Below the pieces are notes generated by a model that ran no database searches, was not told the origin of the DNA, and saw nothing but the letters and a program-made list of their open reading frames with translations. The position numbers and the translations under genes are program-made. From the NCBI GenBank assembly GCA_964016885.1, contig OZ024747.1, positions 83,638,001 through 83,702,000 of the forward strand: DNA of 64,000 bases, read 5' to 3'. Shown piece after piece: positions 42,284-55,428 of the stretch. This stretch comes from Eledone cirrhosa (taxonomy: Eukaryota). Position 1 is the stretch's first letter. Every line of letters starts with the position of its first letter.

Positions 42284-43427
42284 GTTAAGTACTATTTGTA
42301 CCAGACAACCTGAGACCTCCAAACTTTTTTGTAACAATCAATTACTACACCTTATATTTCAGTGCCTACTTAACCACTCATTCAAAACCCTGTATTTATA
42401 GTTCTTTTTTTTCTCACACTTTTGCTTTAGTAACTAACATAAATAAACCATCTCTCTTTGGTATATATACCCTCTGGCTTTCTATTTTCCTTGAACAACT
42501 GATCAACTATGTTTGCTTAAGACCATACCCTTTGATCTAATTTTTCCCCTTTACAAGTTTGTTTTCATCATCTATCTTCCTTTGGTTTCTTAACATGAGT
42601 TCATCTTATGTTAAAAACACTATGTAATCAATAGAATTTGATGTTCTCATCATGTCTTTGATTATTATTATCATCTTTTCACTTTTATAAGGTATATAAA
42701 GCCCCTGGAGTGTTCTTTTTAATGTTTTTTTCATTATACTTTGCTGTTTTTATTATATTCTGTAAAATTACTTAAAGGCTCCCATCCCATTCTATGTTGG
42801 CTTTTCATGATTTTCCAGAGGATTGCTTAAAAAGGAACTATCACTCCCTTATAATATTACCTACACAGGGAAGATCAATACTAGTTTATGTGTATCAGAG
42901 GTGTGTATGTATGTAGGTACTTTCGTTTGCAATTAGCTTTTGACTAGTGGAGGACGACAGATAATTGGGTGTGTATAAATATAAGTGCTCACATTTTCTT
43001 CCTCGACAAGTTTTCAGTTGAATCTCATATTTATTTGTAAATGTTACATTTAGACGCACTCACACACAAACAGACACTCATAAAAAAAAAATCAAGTCAA
43101 AAACAGTACCAGAGAACAAGACATTATGAAATTGTATATTAGTATAACACTTAAAAGAAGTTAGAAAAGTGTTCCTTAATGGTTCAGAAATGCACTCCCT
43201 CTATGTTCTGTGCCTTAGGTGGCTACCTAGTTGGCCTTAAAAGATGTAGAGATATCCAGTCTACCCTATAAAGTGATCATACTGGTGCCATGATGAAATA
43301 CATCCAGTTCAACTATAAAGCAATAGTGCTGGTCACATCTTAACTTCAAGGATTTGGGAATTGACAAAAGTGCAATTTATATTAAAGATGGATTACATAG
43401 AAAGAAATAGCTTATAATAAGCTTTAA

Positions 43428-43631
43428 CCCTTTAACATTTACATTATTCTATATTTACTATTGTATTTTCATGGTAAAGGCTTTATTTTACATAAATATC
43501 TCACATAATATCGAATCTATGAGATTTTGATATTATTTATTTTGAGAACATAAACAACCGGTTACAGCCAGTTTGAACAGAAAGAGGTGAGAGAATTCTT
43601 GCCAGATACGACCAGTTTAAATGCTAAAGGG
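43428..43631 (+). mobile_element. piggyBac-type MITE family B with a 46-bp flanking direct duplication
   Basis: TIRs CCCTTTAACATTTA / TAAATGCTAAAGGG; 43382-43427 is identical to 43632-43677. Confidence 0.92.
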
Positions 43632-44821
43632 TTAAAGATGGATTACATAGAAAGAAATAGCTTATAATAAGCTTTAAAATGATACATAATGTTTACTCAC
43701 CGTGTGTGAGTTTTTATTTTTAAAATATTGTTGAAACATATAAACATAAAACCTTCATTAATTTCCAAATAATCTAATATATGTGTATGGTCATGTGCTT
43801 ATCATTAAATATAAACTTTGTATGAGTGTGCATCTGCTTTTATGAATTTGTCCATACATAAATGTATATGTTTGTGGTCATTGGTGTCCATTGTATACAT
43901 GTGTGTGTGTGTGTATATGTATGTACATGTGTATGTATGTATATATATATATATTTGTTGGTATGTGTGTGTGTGTGTGTGTTATTTCTGTTATTAGATA
44001 CTGTTTATCAATAAATGCCCTACAGTTGTTTATATATGGCAGAGTCATTGAACTCATAAATTGTGTCTGAGAAAAAGAAAATCATAGTTATTCACTCTCT
44101 CTAACTTTCCCACTCACTCTCGCAGTCTCGATTAGTCTCCTGAGAACTGATGCGCACCATATTTCTACTTTATTTGTAAGAATATCTTCACCACCCCCAA
44201 AACCTGTGTGTGTGTGTGTGTGTGTGTGAAGAAATGAGAGAAATACATCTCAAGTGGTATTTATTTAAGAGTTAGCTTCTAAGAAAAGTGTGCCATGTTG
44301 TAAGTTATGATAGTCTTTTACTGAGTTTCAGTTATTAGACTTGTGGCCATGCTGGGGCACTTCCTTGAAGGGATTTAGTTGATCATATTGGCTCCAGTAC
44401 TTATATTGTATGTTTTCAAGTCTGGTACATATTTCATCTGACTTTCTCTTTTTTTTTTGTTGTTGAACCCCTAAGTTACGGGACATAAACAAACAGCATT
44501 TGTAAACACACACACAGCAGGCTTCCATCTAACAAGACAGTTGACCAAAGTGCCATATAGTGAGACATAAAACCACATGTTTGGGAAGCAAGCTCCCTAG
44601 TCACACAGCCATACTGACATCTATACACACAACCACACACACATAGGTGTGGTACATGTTGAGCTGCTGATCTACATGAAGGTCAGAGACTCCACTTGAG
44701 TACTGACCAGTCTGTGATGACATATCTAATCCTTGCTAGCAGCAAAAATGGACATTAAACAACTAACTTCATATAAACATTATAATATTGCTCCTCACCG
44801 GTACTGTTTATTTTTTTTTAC

Positions 44822-44852
<31 letters not shown>

Positions 44853-44856
<4 letters not shown>

Positions 44857-46758
44857 TGGTCACCCGCATAGTTAACCAAGTCGTACAGAATGGGGTTGTT
44901 CCGAAGGACTGGCATAGCAGCATCATCGTTAACTGTTATAAGGGTAAAGGAGACGCCCTAGATAGGAGTAACTATAGAGGCATTAAATTAATCGACCAGG
45001 TCATGAAGGTCACGGAAAAAGTAATAGCGCAACTAATCAGAGAGAGAATTGATCTAGATGAAATGCAGTTCGGGTTTGTGTCAGGCAAAAGCACCACAGA
45101 CGCTCTTTTCATAGTACGACAACTACAGGAGAAGTACCTAGCTAAAGGTAAACCCCTCTACTTAGCTTTTGTCGACCTGGAGAAAGCCTTCGACAGAGTC
45201 CCCCGCTCCATTATCTGGTGGGCTCTTAGAAAACTAGGCGTTGACGAATGGCTTGTGAGGGCTATACAAGCCATGTATAAAGAAACAGTCAGCAAGGTTA
45301 GAATTAACAACGAATATAGTGAAGAGTTTAGCGTAAAAGTTGGCGTCCATCAGGGCTCTGTTCTCAGCCCCCTACTATTTATTATTGCCCTTCAGGCTAT
45401 AACAGAGGAGTTCAAGACAGGCTGCCCATGGGAACTCCTATACGCAGACGACCTGACACTCATAGCGGAATCAATGGCCGAGCTAGAGAAGAAATTCCAA
45501 ACATGGAAGCACGGCCTAGAGTCAAAAGGACTTAAAATTAACCTGGCTAAGACCAAAGTTCTAGTTTGTAGGAAAGAAAACAAGGCGGCGGTCCCTTCTG
45601 GGAAATGGTCGTGCTCGGTATGTAGGAAAGGCGTAGGTAGAAACTCCATCTTATGTCCTAAATGCAAAGTATGGGTGCATAAAAGATGTAGTGGGATCAC
45701 AGGTAAGCTAACTAAGAACATAGACTTTACATGTGGCCGGTGTTCTGGTGCAATAAGTAGCAGCAAGTGCCCACAAAATACTAGCTCTTTCAATTGCGCA
45801 GAGGGTTCTATAGAAATAGTGGACAGCTTCCGTTACCTAGGCGATAAAATCAGCAGTGGGGGAGGGTGCTCTGAAAGTACTGTAGCTAGAGTCAGAACTG
45901 GTTGGAAAAAGTTCAGAGAGCTTATACCACTATTAGCTGCTAAAGGGTTCTCCCTAAAAATGAAAGGCAGGTTGTACGATGCCTGCATACGAACAGCAAT
46001 GTTGCATGGTAGTGAGACCTGGGCATTGTGTGCAGAGGATATACGCAGACTAGAGAGGAACGAAGCTTGCATGCTCCGCTGGATGTGTAACAGTAATATA
46101 CGTGAACGGCAAAGCATAAACGAACTAAGGAAAAAATTAGAGATAAGAGGGATCAGATGTTGTTTACTCGAGAGAAGGCTGCGTTGGTATGGACACGTGA
46201 TGCGCATGAAAGTCGATAGCTGTATTACAAAGTGCAGGGCAATAAAGATAGACGGTAGCCACGGAATAGGCAGACCTAGAAAAACATGGGATGAGCTGAT
46301 AAACTCCGACCTCACACACTTACACCTCTCCAAGACAATGTCACTGGACCGTGACCTTTGGCGGTACTCAGTAACAGAGAAGACCCGCCTTGCCAGTAGG
46401 CATCTCTAACAAAATACACCCCGTCCCGCCACCACCCCCACCCCATCCACACCACCCCGTTCTATGTAAAGTTATGTTGGTGCCGCGCCATCGAGGCCGA
46501 AACAAATGAGATCGTGTAGGTGTCACGACAAAAAAACACACAGTCCACGCTGTAATGTGGCCGTGTAGGCAACACGGTAAAAACCTCCCAGACCCACACT
46601 GTAAATGTGGTTGGTGTTAGGAAGGGCATCCAACTGTAGAAAACCTGCCAGACAGTCCTATGCGAGCAAGACAATCACTCTTGCCTCAAGTGGGACTACC
46701 CCCGTCCAAACCCATGCAAGCGTGGAACACGGACGTTAAACGTTGATGATGATGATGA

Positions 46759-46761
<3 letters not shown>
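44853..46761 (+). mobile_element. 5'-truncated RTE-clade LINE with an uninterrupted RT ORF (to 46409), 3'UTR and (GAT)n tail
   Basis: NYRGIKL, QFGF..GKSTTDA, FVDLEKAFDRV, GVHQGSVLSPLLF, YADD, FRYLG, and RTE-type C-terminus RRLRWYGHVMRM..GRPRKTW. No APE endonuclease. CpGs intact; (TA)n on both sides. Confidence 0.96.
45612..45743 (+). other. PHD-type (C4HC3) zinc finger inside the RTE RT
   Basis: CSVC-x10-CPKC-x4-H-x2-C-x14-CGRC lies between RT motifs KTKVL and FRYLG. Confidence 0.85.
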
Positions 46762-46807
<46 letters not shown>

Positions 46808-47087
46808 TTATTATCATTGTTACATCTGCTTTTCTATGCTGGGATAATTTGGTCAGGACTTTTTGGAGCAGTGTTTTATAGTTGGTTGCCCTACCTGATG
46901 TCAAACCTTTTTCTTTTCCTTTTTTATGCCTATTAAGCATGCAGAGATCCATACATTATTTTATAAAAACAAGTGAGAGCTGGGATCTGGAAAGGCATTC
47001 AGCTGTTATATGCTGCTACATAAAGTTTCATGTAATTCTTACTGGCATAAGAAAGCAAGGGTGATGATGGTATTGATATATATATAT

Positions 47088-47352
47088 AAGTGGTCATGGA
47101 GGTGCCATGGCAAAAAAGCACCCAGCCCGCACTGTAAAGTGGACGTGTAGGTGCCACGGAAAAAAAGCACCCAGCACTCACTGTAAATGAGGTTGGTGTT
47201 AGGAAGGGCATCCAGCTGTAGAAATCAAGCCAGAATCAGTTCCCGTACGAGCAAGACAGGTCAGCCGACCATACACTGCCCACAACAGAACAACTCATCT
47301 AACCCATGCTAACGTGGAAGAACGGACATAAAATGGTGATGATGATGATGAT
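47088..47352 (+). mobile_element. Short RTE 3'UTR-only copy
   Basis: Same start point and sequence as 19749-20010; TA repeats on both sides. Confidence 0.92.
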
Positions 47353-47370
47353 TTATATGTATATATATAT

Positions 47371-47548
47371 AAAATTAACTTTGTTTATTCATATTTGTTG
47401 TTATATATATTTCAGTGATAACCATTATTCAACAGCTATGACCTCATCAGACAGCTAGAACTAGCTGTCTAATGAATTCATAGCTGTTGAATAATGGTTA
47501 TCACCGAAATATATATAACAGCGAATATGAATAAACGAAGTTAATTTT
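47371..47548. ncRNA. Inverted pair of Penelope-type minimal hammerhead ribozyme motifs
   Basis: 88-bp-arm inverted repeat. Each arm: GCTGT-CT(G/A)ATGA-[stem II hairpin]-GAA-ATATATAT-A-ACA(G/A)C. Copies at 47397-47455 (-) and 47464-47522 (+). Confidence 0.75.
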
Positions 47549-47913
47549 AACCCGTTGACTTACATTTCTTGTTTTTGAATTACTCCAGAGTAAACAGACC
47601 CATCTGTGCACTTCATTGAGAGCTCTATCCTGCATACTGAAGTGTCAGTAATTAACCAACACATACTCAAATTTATATATATATATATATTTGAGTATGT
47701 GTTGGTTATATATATATATATATAAATTTGAATATATATATATATAAATTTGAGTATGTGTTGGTTATACATATATCTTTATATTTATATATATATAAAT
47801 ATATATGTATAAACAACACATACTCAAATTTATATATATATATATATTCAAATTTATATATATATATATATATTCAAATTTATATATTTATATATATATA
47901 TATAAATTTGAAT

Positions 47914-48083
47914 TCATTTCATTTCATTTCATTTTACGTCCGCTTTTTCCCTGCTTGCAAGGGTGGGACGGGAACTGATTCTGGCTTGATTTCTACAACT
48001 GGATGCCCTTCCTAACACCAACCTCATTTACAGTGAGTGCTGGGTGCTTTTTTGCTGTGGCACCTCCACGACCACTTTACAGT
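47914..48083 (-). mobile_element. Short RTE 3'UTR copy with internal deletion and (ATGAA)n tail
   Basis: Reverse-complement match to the 47088 copy over ~47970-48075. Confidence 0.8.
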
Positions 48084-48242
48084 GGAAAGATAGGGACCCC
48101 AGTCCTGATCATCTCATTTCTACAGCTGAGTAAACTGGAGCAATGTGAAATAAAGTGTCTTGCTCAAGGAAACAACACATCACCCGGTCTGAGAATTGAA
48201 CTCACAACCTTTCGATTGCAAGGCCAATGCTCTAACCACTAA

Positions 48243-48792
<550 letters not shown>

Positions 48793-49182
48793 TACATAGT
48801 TAATTAACAAGTATTAAATAACTCGCTTCAATGAAAAAAAAATTGTTGACAATTTCTGCTTTTAAAACTACTTTTTTTTGTTTTTTGTTACTAATAACCA
48901 GTTTATATCTAACTTTTTCCAAGCTGTTCTTCTTTTCTATCTATTCATGTATCGATTTCTCTTCATCCCTCTCTCTCTAACTATCTATCTTTCTCTTTTC
49001 CCTTCTTCCAAAAGTCATTTTTGCCATATTTTCATAAAATGTTTGGGGTTTGCATTTAATTGAAATAAATTATTATAAAATCTAATGAAGTACAAAATAT
49101 AACAGTTATAATGTTATTTTTCCAATTTTGAGGTGAATCCTATTTAAATTATATTATTTATTTAATTTCTTTTCATTTCCAG

Positions 49183-49248
49183 CATTGAAGCGCAAGCTGT
49201 TGCTTCGGCGATCTGTTAATGAACTGGTTGACCAAGGCATTTATCCAC
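49183..49248 (+). CDS. MRTF: MRTF exon encoding RPEL repeat 1 (66 nt, phase 1-1)
   Basis: ttttcatttccag acceptor and GTAAGT donor. Encodes (S)LKRKLLLRRSVNELVDQGIYP(P), matching RPEL1 of MRTF-A/myocardin (LQLKLQQRRTREELVSQGIMPP). Not in the ORF track. Confidence 0.95.
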
Positions 49249-50204
49249 GTAAGTTGCTGACACTTTTTATTATTTTTCTTCTTTTTAATAAATCATTGAT
49301 TATAATTTTTATTTAATATATTGGATAGAGAGGTCTTGTTGAGAACTTAACAAACTCTCTAGTGCTGATGTACACCCAGTAGACTCTGTAAAGTTGTTGA
49401 TAATTGGAGACAATATAGGGGGGGGGGGGAATGCTCTTGAGTCTAGCCAAGCACAGGTTAACCACTTTTGTGCTGGTGCCTTGTAAAGTGGCTGACAATT
49501 GAACGGAGACAATATAGAGAAGACTCTTATGTTTGGCTAAGCACAAGACAACCTCTCTGGTGCTGATGCTATGATAAAACATACCAAGTAGATTCCGTAA
49601 AGTGTTTGACAATTGAATGGAGATAATGTAGAGTAAAGAGGGCTCCTGAATCTGGCCAAGCACAGGACAAACTCTCTTGTGCTGGTGCCACAATACAATG
49701 GACTCATAGAAGCCATGCCAAAATATGGAACACAAGGAAGACATGGTGCCTGTGTGGAAAATGCACTCAAAATGGTGATTATATGTTTGGGCCTTCACTG
49801 TTAGTAGTGTTAACTCTTATGATACCAACCTACCCAAATCTACATCTGTTTCTATGAAACAGAACCACTCAATGTAATGGGTTCCTACTTAAATTAAAAC
49901 CTTTCAACATAATTTTATGTAAGAACATTTTGTTATGTTACAAATATCATCTTAATGAAATTGTGATTTTAGTAAATACTTCCCAAATTATCCATTAACC
50001 ACTTAAAATACAACAAAGTATTTCATTAGAAATGCAGCAGTGAAAGGAAGAGAATATGTCCAGTGTTAAGAGGCAGTGATAATAATTGGGGAATTTGTTT
50101 AAAAAGTTTGAATTTAAGCATTCTGAAAAGTTGCTATGAAACATGTCCGTGAAAGCAACCATGGAATATGGAATATGGAGATTGAAATGGATAGACAGAT
50201 GGAA

Positions 50205-50495
50205 CATTCCTTTCCAGATGTTGTTATATATACAATGTGTGTTGGTTAATTGATATTGCTCACCAGTTTAATACTTGAGTGGTAGACACAGAATGTGAGA
50301 AAATAGAAAAATATCAAGACCTAAAAATATGAAATGCAGAGAATATGGAATTTCTGTAAAGTTATCACCATCCCAGTTGTATTAAGGGCCTTAGGGACAG
50401 TGATAAGAAGTTAAAATGTCTAGTTGAAGATGTTGGTTATAAAGGTGAATGTCTTGAATACAGAAAGCTTGTTTGTTTGGTACAACCAAGAAAAA
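50205..50495 (+). mobile_element. Decayed restriction-like-endonuclease fragment of an R4/NeSL-type non-LTR element
   Basis: Frameshifted translation PDVV..CWLIDIAHQFNT*VVDTECEKIEKYQDLK/EMQRIWNFCKVITIPVVLRALGTV, matching the PD..D..EK..KY.DL....W....P+V+GALG pattern. Confidence 0.75.
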
Positions 50496-53400
50496 TGCAG
50501 AGCCTAGATTAAATCAACCCTAGTAATTGACTGGTACTTTATTTTATCGACTGATGCTATCATCATCATAACTGTTTAATGTCTGTTTTCCATGAATGTG
50601 TTAAATGGGCAATCATGTTTTGAGGCTAGATTTGTCAAGTGACTACATCTTGCTCATACATTCCATTTTTGGCTTGTTTTGTACAAATGGATACCATTCT
50701 TAATGCCAACCAATTTACAGTATGTACTGAGAGCATTTCACTGTGAACTCAACACTACCATCTTACAGGGTTTACTGGGAGCATTTTATTGTAATCAGGG
50801 TGGACTAGTTGCTTTTTGTTGTGGCACTAGCACGACCACCTTACAGGGCTTACTGGGAGCATTTTATCGTGACTCCAACACTACTATTTTACATGATGGA
50901 CCAGGTGCTTTTTGTCATGGCACCAGCATTACCACCTTACAGGGTGAATGTGCTCTTAAATGTACTCTTGGATCCCAAATAATAGCGGTGGGGAATAACC
51001 GGAGGAGAGGAGTTGGAAAACTGGTAATTTTTCTAGGATGTCTCTGTTGATTTTAAAAAACCCAACAAAATTAATCGTTTAGTTTACATATCGAGACCCC
51101 AAACCATCCTATTTATTTTATAATGTATGAGATTTTTAGTAATATACTTTTCGTGTTATGTACAATGTTTAAAGAAATGCCACCACCTAAAATACAATTT
51201 TGCCGGAGATAAATTGGCAAAACTTAATAAGCAGAAAGGTTGGGAAAAAATCTAAAAAATTAATAAGTGGGTGGGGGTGGGAGTTATTTGACCTGAGAAT
51301 ACAAAATGATTAAATTATTTTATAATGTTCAGTGAACACTGTAGGTATGACCAGTATTTAACAATAACAACTGCACAAACAAGATTTCAACAGGAAAACT
51401 ATCTCTTCTCTTCAACTGCCTCTCTTCTTAGACACAACAGTAAACACCAAGAAATAAACATCATCTCTCATTGCATATGTACTAATGTACAGAGCTGCCA
51501 TAGTTGTTATGCACTTTAAACTGCTATATTGTGCACACACAAAGTGCATGTGTAATGGTACCTCATTTAAAAAAAAAAGAAGATACAAGATAAAATGCTG
51601 ACAGTTCAATTTCATGTGAAATAGCATTTTACAACAATCAGGCTATTAAAGATAAAGGAAAGATAAAAACTATTGAAAACATCAGTTTGTTTCAAGGTTA
51701 GCTGTTTCTTTCTTTTTCTGTATGTTTCACATTTTTGGCTGGAAAGAGTTTTGTAAATAGACTCAAAGGAATGATGTGTTGCCAAAGTTGTGGGGTGGTA
51801 CAGAGTATATTTTCCAATATTACTGATAAGAATTTTTTCATTAAGAGAAAGAAAATTTTGAGTATGTTAAGCTGGTATCGGACTTATTCCAACTGAGGTT
51901 GTTTTTATTTGCTAATTTTTTTTGTATACTTATTTTTGGTGAGAAATCAGAAATCAATTTTTAAAGTGAAGAGCAACAGTTTCTCAATTGGGTGTAAATC
52001 ACAAAATGGGGAAAATAAAGTGTTCTAATTTTTTTTTATACCAAATTGCTGTTTGTTTTAAAGTGTTTATATCTTTCGAAAAACATATTTTAATTTTCTG
52101 TAAGAAAGTTATGTTCCAAGCATCAGCTTAACCCTTTAGCATTTACATTACTCTATATTTATTATTATATTTTAATGGTAAAGGCTTTGCTTCACATAAT
52201 TATCTCACATAACATCGAATCTATGAGATTTTGATATTATTTATTTTGAGAACAATACCTTAACATCATGAGCAGCCAGTTTGAATAAAAGAAGGTGAGA
52301 GAATTCTTGCCAGCTACAGCCAGTTTAAATGCTAAAAGGTTAATCCTTTTGTGACAGTATTTCCAATGAAATATACTCTATTTCAATTAATTAAAGATTT
52401 ACTAAAATTGTTAATTATTTCTTTCCTAAGATATTAATTTAGTAGATGGTTCTTGTATAAAATTATGCTTGAAGATTTTGATTTAAGTAGGAACTCATGA
52501 AAATGAGTAGTTTGTTTCATAAAACCACATCCGGTTTTAGCCAAGGTTTGTATCAAAAGTATCAATAATGGGAAAGTTAATTATTCTACTAAATCCCTCC
52601 AAATTCATAAAAAAAATTATAAAATCATTGGCAGTATCTTTCATTAGAAATATGGTAACAGGAGGGTTACATCAGTTATATCTAAGTACAAAGCTAGTAA
52701 GTAATAACTTCATGATGACAGCTTTCTTATGTATATATGTGTATTTGAGTGTGAAAACATCTATGTTATGTATATATGTGATGGCAGCTTTGTTATGTCA
52801 TGATAAAATGCACCCAGTACACCCTGTAACGGGATTGGTGCTAGGAAGGGCATCCAACTATAGAAACCATGCCAAAATGAATTGTATGAGCTAGACATAA
52901 TCATCTGACCAATATTAACATAGAAAAAAGACCTAAAAGGATTCCTATTTAAATAAAAAATCTTCCAACATTATTTCATATAAGAACGATGATAAGTTAT
53001 TATCATAGTAATGAAATAATTAATAATTTTAGTAAATCCCTCAAAACTCTTCAGACATCAATTGAAGTAGAGTTTATTTGGTTAGTAGTTATGAATAGGT
53101 TCAATTTAACATAGATGAAATTTGTTGAAATATTAATGGGTTTCTTTTTGTATATATAACTTTGAAAATGTATCTTAAAATCCTGCCTATAGCATTTTAT
53201 TATATATTTTCCAGTAGTATGTTTAGTCAGGGAAAGGGTTTAACTATCATAACAGAAACCCTATTTGAATGCTTTCGCAGCTGCTAGTAGCATTTGTGAG
53301 GACTACTTACCAGATATGGCTAATTGCTGTTCTCAGTATGTTGACCTTATACAGAATACTTAACACACACACACAAATACATGTGCTCACACACATTGCC

Positions 53401-54517
53401 CCAACTTTATATGCAAACCAAATAGGTACTCATATACACACATGCATACATGTGCATGGGCACATGCGAATGGGCACAAATGATTTGGACCTGTCAGTTT
53501 TTCAAGTTATTTTCTGAGAATGATGTTTGTGATGTCATGTGCCATATGTTTGAAAGATTTAGCCTTATATTTACCATCCTTCAAATGAAAGACAGTGGCC
53601 TATAATTTTTAAATACTTTTGAAAATAATCACAAATTTTGTGGGATTTAGTAATATAACTAATTTTCTAATTATAAGGCTGATGGAGCATAATTTAACTT
53701 TTTCATGGCCATATATCTAATATAATACATAGTATTTTATTTAATTAATGAAAATCATATTTTACTTGAAAATCAGTGTGATCAACATTACCATTTAAAA
53801 TCTATTTTCCATGTTTTCACAAATTAGATGGAGTATCACATACTGAGGCTAAACTCGTCAGGTGACAATGTCTTGCTTGTGCACTCCATTTTTGGCTGGG
53901 TTTCTATGACTGGATGCCCTTCCAAATGCCAACCATTTTACAACATGTACAGGGATCATTTTAATACAATTCTGGCATTACCATCTCACAGGCTGGAGTG
54001 GGTATTTTTTTTTTTTTCGTGGCACCAGCACTACCACATTCCAGAGTGAACTGGGTGTTTTTTATCATGGCAGCAGCACCACCACTTTACAGAGTGGGCT
54101 GGGTGCATTTTTTGAAAATTGGTCTCATTCATATGACATCTTTTAATCTTTACGGCCTATGAATTTCAAAGAATTTTGAAAATACCCAAAGAATTTGGAT
54201 GGATTTAATAAAATAACTAAAGAGCTCATTCTTAAGCTAGTTTTAGGAACATGATTTAACAAGGGTTCTTATATAAAATGATAATGAAAGGTTTAAAACA
54301 AGCAGTTTTGTATTGTAGAACCCTAGGCAGTTTGGCTTTATAAAGGTTAAGCTATATTTATATATATGTTTTTTATTTTTATTTTTCTTATTGGGTTTAA
54401 TGGTACTGAAATAAGTAGGTGAACACATTTTGTTTTTGTATTATGTTCTTCATCTTCAAAGTGTGGTAATACTGTAACATATTCCAGATGACTCTCACTG
54501 TCTCTCTCTACCTCCCT

Positions 54518-54569
<52 letters not shown>

Positions 54570-54794
54570 CCTGCTCATCTTTTATGCCACAACCTCAATT
54601 ACCCTTGCTTACTTTCAATTCCATTTCTAGAGGAATCTATATCTTAGATTGTTTTCATAATACTCTAACTTTGGGTAAAGAAACAAAAGGTTTAAAATGT
54701 AAGGAAAAAGAATGAAAGCAAAGAACTGGAGAATATAATAGAAAAGACAACTAACACCCTGTACACCATGGTTAACATGAGATGTGGCTATCAA

Positions 54795-55310
54795 ATTTGT
54801 ATATATGTGTGCACACATACACACATATGTACACACACATGCATACATAAATACATACATATATATGTACACACATGTACATACATGCATATTTACTTAT
54901 GTTCATGCATACTTACATACATAAATATATACCTGCATACCTACATACATTCATACACACATAGATACACACATACTAAATACATACATACGTATATACG
55001 TACACATATACGTGCATGCCTACTTACATACACACATAAATATATACCTGCATACCTATATATATTCACACACACATAGATACACATACACACGCACGCA
55101 TACATAAATACATACATACATATGTATATATGTACACATATACGTACACACATACGTACACACATATGTACATACATACGTACATGCATATTTACTTACA
55201 TGCATACTTACATACACACATAAATATATACCTGCATACCTACACACACACACACATGCATACACACACACACACGGACACATACATACACACACATACG
55301 TACATACATA
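54795..55310. repeat. Degenerate CA/TA low-complexity tract with internal duplications, just upstream of the spacer exon
   Basis: CATACATACAC-type repeats; recurring TACTTACATACACACATAAATATATACCTGCATACCTA. Confidence 0.85.
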
Positions 55311-55428
55311 TTGTATGCCAACTTTTCCAAACTGTTTGCTAATCGGTCTTTTATCAATTTATTTTATTGTTTACTTTTTTTTGTTGTTTCCTATATTCTA
55401 TTAATATCTGTATTTGTTGTTGTTGCAG

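Noticed and set aside
44733-44852. N-terminal 40 aa of the 558-aa ORF
   Set aside because: Read-through of flank and (TA)n. RT homology starts near 44856, so the element is truncated, has no endonuclease and is not autonomous.
45392-46333. Minus-strand ORFs of 133 and 166 aa
   Set aside because: Antisense shadows of the RTE RT ORF.
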